From: a virus
DNA: 64,000 nt
IMG/VR virus record: IMGVR_UViG_3300008108_000036
Reading direction: 5' to 3' (one strand)
Positions 39,335 through 50,548 of the stretch are shown piece by piece. Position 1 is the stretch's first letter, and each line of letters starts with the position of its first letter. Under the pieces are notes generated by a model, which had not been told where the DNA came from, searched no databases, and saw only the letters and a program-made list of their open reading frames with translations. The translations under genes were made by a program, and so were the position numbers.

Positions 39335-39971
39335 ACACTTAGCAGTTACTAAAAGTTGCAACGGCAAACCTTTCCGCTTAAAAAAAGATTTTTCTGATAT
39401 ATACAATACTGAAAAGCACAAATACTTAAAACGGATTTCTATTTTGTTTCAAAAACATCCTGAAATTAGTCCGGACACCTTCTTTCAAGCTCCTTATAAA
39501 TTATACCCGGACGTGACTTATTTTGGGTTAGATTACTTTTCTTCTATGAGAGCTGTAAAGGCTTATACTACATATAAGAAGCAAATTTTTTTACAAGACC
39601 CTGACAGTCAATTGGAACAAATAAAAGAATCTTTACCATTTATAGCAAAATTTTGTATCGGCAATGGGTTACATTTACATCAATATTCAATCCATAGGTC
39701 TTCTGATCTATATAGCTGGATGACTCACTATAAACAAAACAAAATTAATCTTTATGTTATGTTCGAGTTTCCAAATATATTTTCATCGCTACAAGAATTA
39801 ACTGAAGACGTTCAACGTTTTTTTGTTAGAGATTTTATTGAGCAATTTAAAAACCTTCATGGTCTGTATAATAACTCAACTCAAGCTAAACCATATCTTA
39901 AAAAAGCCCTTCCCATTTTAGGAAATTTTATTTCCAGAGAGTTGACTACAAATAAAAACAGTATAATCTAA
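39291..39971 (+). CDS. possible helicase loader (gp59-like)
   Basis: Helical, aromatic-rich, 226 aa, immediately upstream of gp32 as gp59 is in T4; sequence similarity weak. Confidence 0.4.
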   Translation: MSNQLTDLEKHLYNKHLAVTKSCNGKPFRLKKDFSDIYNTEKHKYLKRISILFQKHPEISPDTFFQAPYKLYPDVTYFGLDYFSSMRAVKAYTTYKKQIFLQDPDSQLEQIKESLPFIAKFCIGNGLHLHQYSIHRSSDLYSWMTHYKQNKINLYVMFEFPNIFSSLQELTEDVQRFFVRDFIEQFKNLHGLYNNSTQAKPYLKKALPILGNFISRELTTNKNSII

Positions 39972-39980
39972 TACCAACTT

Positions 39981-40916
39981 ATGAGCAAAATCAATACAAA
40001 ATCAATGTTCGATGCAATTAAAACATCCCTCACTTCAGACAAAGAAAGTGGTGGAGGAAATGGTCTATACAAAGAAGTTCTTAAATTCGTTCCAGGCAAT
40101 TCATATCAAGTTCGCTTGGTACCAAATCCAAATGCTCCTAAGGAAACGATTTTCCATTATTACAACCACGCTTGGACTTCAAATTCTACAGGCAAGTTTA
40201 TCACAGCAATGTGCCCAACAACATTTGGAGATACGTGCCCAATTGACTCATACTATTTGAAAACTTATCGCACAGGAACAGAAGCAGAAAAGTCAGCAGC
40301 AGCTATGCTGTCTCGAAAAGAAGGGTGGCTTGTTAACGTTTATGTGATTTCTGATCCAACTACTCCTGAGAATGAAGGAAAAGTAAAAATTTTGAGATAC
40401 GGTAAAGAACTAACAAAAATTATTGAGAGCGCTTTGACTGGAGATGATTCTGGGGAGTTTGGAGTAGAAAAAATATTTGACGTCGCTAACGGGGCAACGT
40501 TGAGAATTAAGTGTGAAAGTAGAACTGGAGCAAACAAAAACGCCAAGCAGTATGTAACCTATGCTTCATCCAAATTTCTAACACCAAACAATTTAGGACT
40601 TTCGGATGCTCAAATTGAAGAAATTCACAATTCAGTTCATGACCTGAAGTCTTTGAACAAGCAAACCACTTCTGCAGAAATGCAGAGATTGCTAGACGAA
40701 CACTTCTTCAACCTAACAACAGGTTCATCTGTTGATCCAGACGATGAATATTCGTCGATTAGAAACGAAAAACCAGACACCGTCATTAGACGGTCTTCTC
40801 AAGAAATTGAGTCGGTATTTAGCGAATCTAGCTCTAAGTCTTCTAGTAAGAATGACGTGAATGAAACTGACGAAACAACGGACGAAGCGTTGAAAAAACT
40901 TCTCGCAGATCTATAA
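39981..40916 (+). CDS. gp32: single-stranded DNA-binding protein gp32
   Basis: VRLVP, CPTTFGDTCPI, NVYVISDP..PENEGKVKILRYGK, acidic tail ...KLLADL. Confidence 0.9.
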   Translation: MSKINTKSMFDAIKTSLTSDKESGGGNGLYKEVLKFVPGNSYQVRLVPNPNAPKETIFHYYNHAWTSNSTGKFITAMCPTTFGDTCPIDSYYLKTYRTGTEAEKSAAAMLSRKEGWLVNVYVISDPTTPENEGKVKILRYGKELTKIIESALTGDDSGEFGVEKIFDVANGATLRIKCESRTGANKNAKQYVTYASSKFLTPNNLGLSDAQIEEIHNSVHDLKSLNKQTTSAEMQRLLDEHFFNLTTGSSVDPDDEYSSIRNEKPDTVIRRSSQEIESVFSESSSKSSSKNDVNETDETTDEALKKLLADL

Positions 40917-40925
40917 TATAGAAAT

Positions 40926-42806
40926 ATGAGTAAAATAATTGGTATTGATTTAGGAACTACTAATTCGTGCGTTGCTGTAATAGATGGAGATCAACCTCTA
41001 GTTTTAGAAAATTCAGAAGGATCTAGAACCACTCCGTCTGTGGTAGCATTTACTAAAAGCGGAGAGAGACTAGTTGGACAATCAGCAAAAAGACAAGCTA
41101 TAACAAACCCTTCAAACACCATATATTCTGTGAAAAGGTTTATGGGAATGAAATATGATGAAGTGTCCGAAGAGATTAAAAAGGTTCCCTACAAAGTAGT
41201 TAGAGCACAAAATGGAGACGCTCATATTCAGGTTGAAGTTAATAACGAAACAAAGACGTATTCTCCTCCAGAAATTTCAGCAATGATTTTAGCAAAATTA
41301 AAGTCAGACGCAGAAGCCAAGCTGGGAGAAACCATTACAGAGGCAGTAATAACCGTACCTGCATATTTTAATGATTCTCAACGCAGCGCTACAAAGGATG
41401 CTGGAAAAATAGCTGGGTTAGACGTTAAAAGAATTATTAATGAACCAACAGCAGCCTCATTGGCTTATGGGTTGGAAAGTAAAAAGGACGAAAAAATCGC
41501 CGTGTATGATTTAGGAGGAGGAACTTTTGATATTTCCGCTTTAGAAATATCTGATGGAGTATTTGAAGTTTGTTCAACTAATGGTGACACACATTTAGGA
41601 GGAGATGACTGGGATAATAAAATAGTTGAATGGATTATTTCTGAATTTAAGATAGACTCAGGAATTGATCTGTCTAAGCAATCCGATGCAATTCAACGCA
41701 TCAAAGAAGAAAGCGAAAGAGCTAAAATTGCCCTATCGTCAGCACAAGAATATGAAATCAATCTTCCATTTATTACTGCCGACTCAACTGGACCAAAACA
41801 CATACAAAAAAAGTTAACTCGTTCTAAATTGGAACAAATTACAGATGATCTGTTTGAAAGAACTATTCAGCCCGTAAAAAATTGTTTGAAGGATGCTAAA
41901 TGGATGGTTGGAGATATTGATGAATTAGTATTGGTCGGAGGAATGACTCGGATGCCTAAAGTCATAGATACAGCTAGAAGTTTAGTTAGCAAAGAGCCTC
42001 ACAAAGGGGTAAATCCCGATGAAGTCGTTGCAATTGGTGCCGCAATTCAAGGAGGTGTATTAAAGGGAGATGTTAAAGACGTACTCTTGCTGGATGTTAC
42101 TCCTTTAACTCTTGCAATAGAAACAGCAGGAGGAGTTGCTACGGCGATGATTCCAAGAAACACAACAATTCCTACAAAGAAGACGAATACTTTTTCTACT
42201 TACTCTGACAACCAACCTGGAGTTGAAATAAAAGTACTGCAAGGAGAAAGACCTTTAAGTAGAGATAACAAAAGTTTAGGAACCTTTCACTTGGACGGAA
42301 TTCCTCCAGCACCAAGAGGCGTACCTCAAATTGAAGTTACGTTTGACATCGATGCAAATGGAATCCTAAACGTGTCTGCAAAAGAGCTTGGTTCAGGCAA
42401 AGAGCAAAAAATTTCGATAACAGGCTCTAGTGGCTTATCTAAAGATGAGGTAGACAGATTGCAAAAAGAAGCAGAGCAATATGCTGAAGAAGATAAAAAA
42501 GCAAAAGAAACTATAGAAATTAGAAATAACGCAGATTCCACAGTGTATCAATGCGAAAAGCAACTTACTGAAATATCCGAAAAAATCGATGAAGCAACAA
42601 AAAGCTCGATTAGTAGTTTAATTGAAAATGCTAAAAATTCAATTAAAGGAGATGATTTAGAAGCAATAAAAAAATCATGCGACGAACTTCAACACGCTAT
42701 GCAAGAAGCTGTAAAAAAAGCGTACGAACAAACAAATTCTTCAGACACTAAAACACAACAAGCAAAAGATCCGAATGTAATTGATGCAGATTTTGAGGTT
42801 GAATAA
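40926..42806 (+). CDS. dnaK: chaperone DnaK (Hsp70)
   Basis: [49 protein letters not shown]. Confidence 0.98.
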   Translation: MSKIIGIDLGTTNSCVAVIDGDQPLVLENSEGSRTTPSVVAFTKSGERLVGQSAKRQAITNPSNTIYSVKRFMGMKYDEVSEEIKKVPYKVVRAQNGDAHIQVEVNNETKTYSPPEISAMILAKLKSDAEAKLGETITEAVITVPAYFNDSQRSATKDAGKIAGLDVKRIINEPTAASLAYGLESKKDEKIAVYDLGGGTFDISALEISDGVFEVCSTNGDTHLGGDDWDNKIVEWIISEFKIDSGIDLSKQSDAIQRIKEESERAKIALSSAQEYEINLPFITADSTGPKHIQKKLTRSKLEQITDDLFERTIQPVKNCLKDAKWMVGDIDELVLVGGMTRMPKVIDTARSLVSKEPHKGVNPDEVVAIGAAIQGGVLKGDVKDVLLLDVTPLTLAIETAGGVATAMIPRNTTIPTKKTNTFSTYSDNQPGVEIKVLQGERPLSRDNKSLGTFHLDGIPPAPRGVPQIEVTFDIDANGILNVSAKELGSGKEQKISITGSSGLSKDEVDRLQKEAEQYAEEDKKAKETIEIRNNADSTVYQCEKQLTEISEKIDEATKSSISSLIENAKNSIKGDDLEAIKKSCDELQHAMQEAVKKAYEQTNSSDTKTQQAKDPNVIDADFEVE

Positions 42807-42860
42807 ACCTCTCTTAAACAATGAAACACCAAACAACACAAAACAAACTAAATTAAACAT

Positions 42861-44832
<1,972 letters not shown>

Positions 44833-44850
44833 GTTAATCTACATAAAACT

Positions 44851-44888
44851 AAAAAATGCTCTGATTAAGTTCAGAGCATTTTTTTTTT
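44851..44888 (+). terminator. Rho-independent terminator
   Basis: AAAATGCTCTGA-loop-TCAGAGCATTTT followed by a T-run. Confidence 0.85.
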
Positions 44889-44945
44889 ACCAACAATAGA
44901 TTTTGTAGGTTGATTAAGTTGTATTTTAATTTACTATATAAAGAT

Positions 44946-45974
44946 ATGCAGAAAGACCAACAACAAGCGATGAAGCTATCCGAACTAACTGACTACTCTG
45001 TCCATATGCCTCACTTAAAATTTGAATATGACAGAGATTTTTATCCAGAAGATAATGAATTACCAGATCCTCAGGTAAATCCTGTAATTCCAGGAGCAAG
45101 GGTTCCTATTAATAAAGTTGGTGTATCCGGAGTAGATTTGCCTGTAAACTTTATTAGAAGAGACGGTAGCACAGAAAAGCTAACCACCTCAGTTTCTTTG
45201 TACGGTTCGCTTGACAGTCCTAACTCAAAAGGCCTGAATTTGAGTCGCTTTCCTATCGTAATGCACGAACAAATTGCAAATCATTTGTCGATTGAGGGAA
45301 TCAAGCTGATATTAGATGAGCTTCAAAAAAAGCAAGGATCTAAAGATATATATTGCAAAATGAAGTTTAAATACCCATGGACTCAAAAAGCTTTGAGAAC
45401 CAGAAAAGAATTACCAAGCGATGCTCCAACGGATCAAATCTTTAAAGTCGTAGATGGCGTAAATCTCAGTCACGAAAAGTTAGAAGGATACATTTTTTAT
45501 GATTGTGTACTTGAAGGCCAAAAACACAATTTGGAATACAAATTCTTTTTGACTGTTAACTATGTTTACAGTTCAACTTGTCCATGCTCTTTTGAATTAG
45601 CTCAAGATGCTATTACTAGAAGAGGTAGAGCAGCAAACGGTCACAGTCAAAGATCAATAGCTAAGATTACGGTTCAATTTGATCCTAATAAACCAATTTT
45701 TATAGAAGACGTCGTTGAGATGGCTAGACAACAAGTACCAACAGAAGTAGTGGTTATTTGTAAGCGTAGAGACGAACAAGCGTTTGCTGAGCTAAATGGT
45801 TCAAATCTTTTATTCACCGAAGATGCAATTAGATTGTTGTACGAGGGTTTAGATAATTTGTACGTCGAAAAAAGAATTTCAGATTTTAGTGTTGTTACTG
45901 ACCACATTGAGTCTTTACATCCTTGGTCAGCAACAGCAGTTATAAGAAAAGGAATACCAGGAGGATTACATTAA
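44946..45974 (+). CDS. folE2: GTP cyclohydrolase I type B (FolE2/MptA family)
   Basis: LPDPQ, INKVGV, KGLNLSR, YSSTCPCS, HSQRS, KRRDEQAFAELN, FTEDAIR, ESLH. Confidence 0.92.
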   Translation: MQKDQQQAMKLSELTDYSVHMPHLKFEYDRDFYPEDNELPDPQVNPVIPGARVPINKVGVSGVDLPVNFIRRDGSTEKLTTSVSLYGSLDSPNSKGLNLSRFPIVMHEQIANHLSIEGIKLILDELQKKQGSKDIYCKMKFKYPWTQKALRTRKELPSDAPTDQIFKVVDGVNLSHEKLEGYIFYDCVLEGQKHNLEYKFFLTVNYVYSSTCPCSFELAQDAITRRGRAANGHSQRSIAKITVQFDPNKPIFIEDVVEMARQQVPTEVVVICKRRDEQAFAELNGSNLLFTEDAIRLLYEGLDNLYVEKRISDFSVVTDHIESLHPWSATAVIRKGIPGGLH

Positions 45975-45980
45975 TAAATT

Positions 45981-46424
45981 ATGATTACTGAAGACAAACT
46001 CGCAGCAGCAACGATGGCTCAAATTTTCGGAAGTGAGCTTTTGAGAGTAGATCAAACAACCATGTCTGGTGAAGGACAAAGTATACCAGCAACCAGAATA
46101 GACCCTAAGAAAATTTTATTGGAAGGAACATCTAATAATCAACTTAGGATGTCACAAAAAGAGCAACAAATGATTGAAATGCTTCAAAGAGAAGCTGAAT
46201 TGTCACATCCAATTCCTCAAGCTCCTATTGACCAATCAGCTCCTACAACTCTTCCTCAATCTTACGTTACTAACTTGCCTCAACAAAGTGCAGTTGTTGC
46301 AGATGCTGAGGTTAAAGACTATCTAAAATCAATTAGCGAAAGTCTTAAAAGAATTGCAGATCATGTTTGCAACAACGAACAGCAATCGATAACTATCAGA
46401 AAAAGAAATATTTTTGCTAAATGA
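45981..46424 (+). CDS. hypothetical protein
   Basis: 147 aa, Q/P-rich middle. Confidence 0.55.
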   Translation: MITEDKLAAATMAQIFGSELLRVDQTTMSGEGQSIPATRIDPKKILLEGTSNNQLRMSQKEQQMIEMLQREAELSHPIPQAPIDQSAPTTLPQSYVTNLPQQSAVVADAEVKDYLKSISESLKRIADHVCNNEQQSITIRKRNIFAK

Positions 46425-47140
46425 ATTTTAAAATTTCAAAAACTCATTTATTAGAGTTTTTGTTGGGTCCGGTTTCAAAACTTTCGGACAACATTTGCTT
46501 ATCTTTTGATAATAAAACCGGTGCAGTTAAAACATTAGTAACATCAACTGATAATTCTTTAGTTTTAATTGCTAAGCTGCCTTGCTCAACAGATTTTAAC
46601 GAAAAATGCGTAATCCCAGACTGTAAAACGTTTTTACGGCTATTTTCTAATATAAACGATCCTGAAATAAATCTTAGTATTTGTGATAACTATGTCGAAT
46701 ACAAGAGTAATGACTTATCATTTAAATATCATTTATTAGATGAATCATACGTGATTAATAAAAGATCGTTAAGTGAAGAAAAAATAAACAATTTAAAATT
46801 TGATACGACATTCACTATTAATAAGCGCTTTTTTTCAGAAATTGCTAAATTTCATTCTATATTGCCAGATTCTGAAAAATTATACTTTTATAACGATAAG
46901 CGAAAAGTAATGGCGAAGATAGGAGACGAACAAAAAGCTAATTCTAATGAATTGACGTTGGTGGCTTCAAATAGTTTTAGTGGTTCTGTTTTAACAACAG
47001 AATCTCCTATTAACATACAAAATATAATGTTGATGTCATTCGCAGAAGACGAGGTGGAGGTTAGTTTAAACCATGAGTTAAAAGTATATAAATTCAGCAC
47101 AAGCTTAGTATCATATATTGCTTTTGGCTTGGTTAAGTAA
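46421..47140 (+). CDS. gp45: sliding clamp (gp45/PCNA-like)
   Basis: About 240 aa with alternating alpha/beta clamp pattern, IPDCKTF, FKYHL, C-terminal SYIA; T4-like context. Confidence 0.65.
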   Translation: MNFKISKTHLLEFLLGPVSKLSDNICLSFDNKTGAVKTLVTSTDNSLVLIAKLPCSTDFNEKCVIPDCKTFLRLFSNINDPEINLSICDNYVEYKSNDLSFKYHLLDESYVINKRSLSEEKINNLKFDTTFTINKRFFSEIAKFHSILPDSEKLYFYNDKRKVMAKIGDEQKANSNELTLVASNSFSGSVLTTESPINIQNIMLMSFAEDEVEVSLNHELKVYKFSTSLVSYIAFGLVK

Positions 47141-47190
47141 TTTTACTTGCGAGTAGATAGATTTATTTGCCGTCTGCTCTAAATAAGTTT

Positions 47191-47517
47191 ATGGCTAATA
47201 AATTAACAACACTTGGATATACTCTTAAGCGTTTAAGAGACTCAGGTTATGTGGCTCATAAATTATTTTCTGATTATAGTGAGTCAGATACTCGCTCCTG
47301 GACAATTATGATTGATCCTGGAGGAGCTTCTGTGTTTTGTACGTGTTATGTTAATGATCCATATATAGGAGAAACGTTTTTTGAATTGTACGACGGTAAT
47401 CAGTTTATTCCAACGAGACTTAAAATTCAAACGTCTTCGTTTGAAGTTATAGTAGAACAATTAGTCAAACTTGGAATTGTTGGAACTAATCCGATAAACA
47501 TCGATAATTCTAAATAA
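47191..47517 (+). CDS. hypothetical protein
   Basis: CTAAATA upstream; RSWTIMIDPG. Confidence 0.6.
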   Translation: MANKLTTLGYTLKRLRDSGYVAHKLFSDYSESDTRSWTIMIDPGGASVFCTCYVNDPYIGETFFELYDGNQFIPTRLKIQTSSFEVIVEQLVKLGIVGTNPINIDNSK

Positions 47518-47523
47518 TTTGAT

Positions 47524-47892
47524 ATGTCACCTGAAGACAATCCTGACGAATCCGTTTCTGGCAAACATAGAAAAGGTAAACCTGCAGTTAAACCAAAAAG
47601 ATCAAAAAAAATAACTTCAGAAGAACTAGCAGCTCAGTTAATCGAACAAAAAAAACAACAAGCAATTTCTAAGCTTAGCCAACAGGAGTTTCTTCAACAA
47701 AAAAGAAAGTTTAAAGATGTGAGCCACTTAGCATCAATAGCTGAAGAATATTTGAGTAGTTTTGCTTTAATAGGGTACTCACTTCAAGATGAAAAAGTTG
47801 TAGTGCTCAACATGCCAACATCAAAAGACGAAGCAGCTTTAGTAGATTTAATACGAGCTACTTTTGTAGACTTAGCTAGCAATCGACCGTAA
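47524..47892 (+). CDS. hypothetical protein with a basic N-terminal patch
   Basis: CTAAATA upstream; lies directly before the terminase. Confidence 0.55.
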   Translation: MSPEDNPDESVSGKHRKGKPAVKPKRSKKITSEELAAQLIEQKKQQAISKLSQQEFLQQKRKFKDVSHLASIAEEYLSSFALIGYSLQDEKVVVLNMPTSKDEAALVDLIRATFVDLASNRP

Positions 47893-47912
47893 TATCATAA
47901 ATAAACCGGATT

Positions 47913-49922
47913 ATGTCCGACGCAATGTTATCTAGAGGTAGAGGCAGACCAAAAGGAGCGAAAAACAAACCAAAGAGAGGTCGACCAAAAGGATCTACCA
48001 AAAAAGTTATACAAACATCTCAGCAGAAAAGTGCTCTTTATTTGGAGCCGAATAAAGCACAACACACTCAAACTGCTGAAAGCGAATCGAGTTTAGATTC
48101 TTATTTAGACGATTCGAAGTTACTTGAACAAGGATTTAACTTGGATACGAATAAGATCATTAATAATGATCCCATAAATGCTTCGTTTTTTTATAGAGGA
48201 TCTAAACATGTACCTATAGCAGGAGCTCAATATGAGTTTACTGCTGATATGATAACGGAAATGAAAAAATGCAAAGATGATATTGTGTATTTTGCAGAAA
48301 ATTATTTTTTCATTGTTAGTTTAGATAGAGGTAAAGAAAAAATTTCTTTATATGAAGCTCAAAAAAGAGTATTAAGAACTTTCGTAAGAGAAAGACACGC
48401 CGTTGTATGCTCTTCAAGACAAATTGGTAAGTCAACGATGCTTACGGTATTTTCTTTATGGATGGTGTGCTTTAATACAGATTATAGAGCAGCTATTGTT
48501 GCAAACAAAGAAACTACTGCAATTAACATTTTCAAACGGATAAGAATGGCTTATGAACAGCTTCCGAATTTTATTAAGCCTGGTGTTAAAGAATACGGAA
48601 AAACCGGATTAACGTTAGGAAACGACTCCAGCATTATTGTATCAACCACTACAGCTACGTCAATTAGAGGTGACTCGCTAAATTGTGTTCTACTAGACGA
48701 GGCAGCATATATTGAAAGTCATCTTTTAGAGGATTTTTGGTCTTCTGTTATTCCTACAGTATCTTCAGGCAAAAATTCAAAAATATTAGTAGTTAGTACT
48801 CCTAATGGCATCGGCAATAAATTCTACGAAATATATTCTGGAGCGGAGGCTGGAAAGTTAAAGCAATGGAAATCGGAAAGAATTGATTGGTGGGATGTTC
48901 CGGGGAGAGACGAAGCTTGGAAATTGACTCAAATCGAATTGCTAGGCTCGGAAGAAAAGTTTTTAGAGGAATATAATAACACGTTTTTAGACGAGGCATC
49001 TTCTGCTGTTGGAGCCTCAGTAATTGAAGCGTTTAAACAAAATAAAAAAGAACCAATTTGGACTTCAGAATCAGGAGATTACAATGTGTATGAAACTCCC
49101 AACAAAAGCCGCTTGTACGTAATAGGAGTAGACGTTGGAGAAGGAATTGGACGTGCAGCTTCAGTAGCTCAAGTGTTAGACGTTACAGACCTACAGCACA
49201 TTACACAAGTGGCTGTGTTTGGATCATCTACAATTGAACCATATCAATTTGCAAACAAGCTGTTAACATTAGCTAATTCGTGGGGCGCCCCTCCAATGTT
49301 GATAGAACGCAACAACTGTGGTGCTCAATTGATTGATGCTTTATTTCATCATCACAAATACGAAAAGTTAGTTTCATATTCAAAAATTTCCGAGCAAGAC
49401 AGGTATAATAAAACAAGAAATATTGGAGTGCTATCTCATACTAATATACGTTTTGATGGAATTCAAAACATGAGATATTGGGTAAATCACCTTCAATGTG
49501 TTGCAATCAATGATGTAACTACAATTTCCGAGTTTGAGACATTTGTTCGGTTTCCGAATGGAAAATTTCGCAAAAAAAATGATGCGTTTTTTGACGACCG
49601 AATAATGGCGTTAGTTTGGGCTTTATTCATTTTAACCCCAGAAATTTGTCAAGAATTTTTTACCATAGCCGATTACGACGATCAGCAAAGGCCATTAAAA
49701 ATAGAAAACAACGGCTATTGGGAAATTGATCCTGAAAAGTTTTTATTAAAAGAGTTAAACGAACACCAGAAATACATTACTGACGTTAAGCAATCTAGCG
49801 ATGCTCCAGTGTTTCCGGTTCTAGGTGTTACTCAACAAGAACTTGATGAGCTTGATAAGTATTCTTTAGACGTAGATCAATTAATAGAATCTGGCTATCA
49901 ATTTTTTAATCCAAACAATTAA
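47913..49922 (+). CDS. gp17: terminase large subunit gp17 with N-terminal AT-hook motifs
   Basis: SRQIGKST, IRGDS, LLDEAA, VSTPNG, GVDVGEG, IERNN, DDRIMA; N-terminal RGRPKG twice. Confidence 0.95.
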   Translation: MSDAMLSRGRGRPKGAKNKPKRGRPKGSTKKVIQTSQQKSALYLEPNKAQHTQTAESESSLDSYLDDSKLLEQGFNLDTNKIINNDPINASFFYRGSKHVPIAGAQYEFTADMITEMKKCKDDIVYFAENYFFIVSLDRGKEKISLYEAQKRVLRTFVRERHAVVCSSRQIGKSTMLTVFSLWMVCFNTDYRAAIVANKETTAINIFKRIRMAYEQLPNFIKPGVKEYGKTGLTLGNDSSIIVSTTTATSIRGDSLNCVLLDEAAYIESHLLEDFWSSVIPTVSSGKNSKILVVSTPNGIGNKFYEIYSGAEAGKLKQWKSERIDWWDVPGRDEAWKLTQIELLGSEEKFLEEYNNTFLDEASSAVGASVIEAFKQNKKEPIWTSESGDYNVYETPNKSRLYVIGVDVGEGIGRAASVAQVLDVTDLQHITQVAVFGSSTIEPYQFANKLLTLANSWGAPPMLIERNNCGAQLIDALFHHHKYEKLVSYSKISEQDRYNKTRNIGVLSHTNIRFDGIQNMRYWVNHLQCVAINDVTTISEFETFVRFPNGKFRKKNDAFFDDRIMALVWALFILTPEICQEFFTIADYDDQQRPLKIENNGYWEIDPEKFLLKELNEHQKYITDVKQSSDAPVFPVLGVTQQELDELDKYSLDVDQLIESGYQFFNPNN

Positions 49923-49926
49923 CAAC

Positions 49927-50502
49927 ATGGAGTGCATAAACCCTGAAATACAGTCTCCTTTAAATTTATCATCAAAAGATAAATTTATTCTTGTATTAAC
50001 TCTTCCGCAAGCTTTAAGAGAGCTTAAAAGTCAGGATCCATTACTCGATGTAGAGTATTTGCAAATGACTGTATATGGCTCAGTGGTTCCTGATACTTCA
50101 GTGCCTCCAATAGAAGTTAGATACGGAGGGCAAAGTACTAATTTCTCTTCTTATTCTAGACCAAATTATGCTCCGTTAACCGTGAATTTCATGATTGACA
50201 ATGAGTTTAAGAACTATTATATTTTATGGAAATGGCTAGCAATTCTAAATGATCCAAGAGAGAGTTTGTATAAAGGACCAAACAAACGAGCAGACCAATA
50301 CAACACAGAGTATCAAACAAATTTCGTAATTCAAGCTATGAATGAATACAATGGAATTTCTATGGAATTTCATTATTATAATGCGTTTATAACAGGATTA
50401 AAGGGTATATCATACTCTTACAAAGATAGTGAATTAGCAGAAACTTCAGCTGAATTTAGTTTCGGACAACTTGATCTAGTTAAGCCAATTAAACAAAATT
50501 AA
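49927..50502 (+). CDS. tail-tube-like / tail completion protein (gp3-like)
   Basis: LTVNFMIDNEFKNY..LWKW, FYNAFITGL.GI.YS, AEFSF. Confidence 0.7.
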   Translation: MECINPEIQSPLNLSSKDKFILVLTLPQALRELKSQDPLLDVEYLQMTVYGSVVPDTSVPPIEVRYGGQSTNFSSYSRPNYAPLTVNFMIDNEFKNYYILWKWLAILNDPRESLYKGPNKRADQYNTEYQTNFVIQAMNEYNGISMEFHYYNAFITGLKGISYSYKDSELAETSAEFSFGQLDLVKPIKQN

Positions 50503-50548
50503 ATACCCTTAGAAAAAAAAATATCAACAGAATAGATAAGTAATTTAT

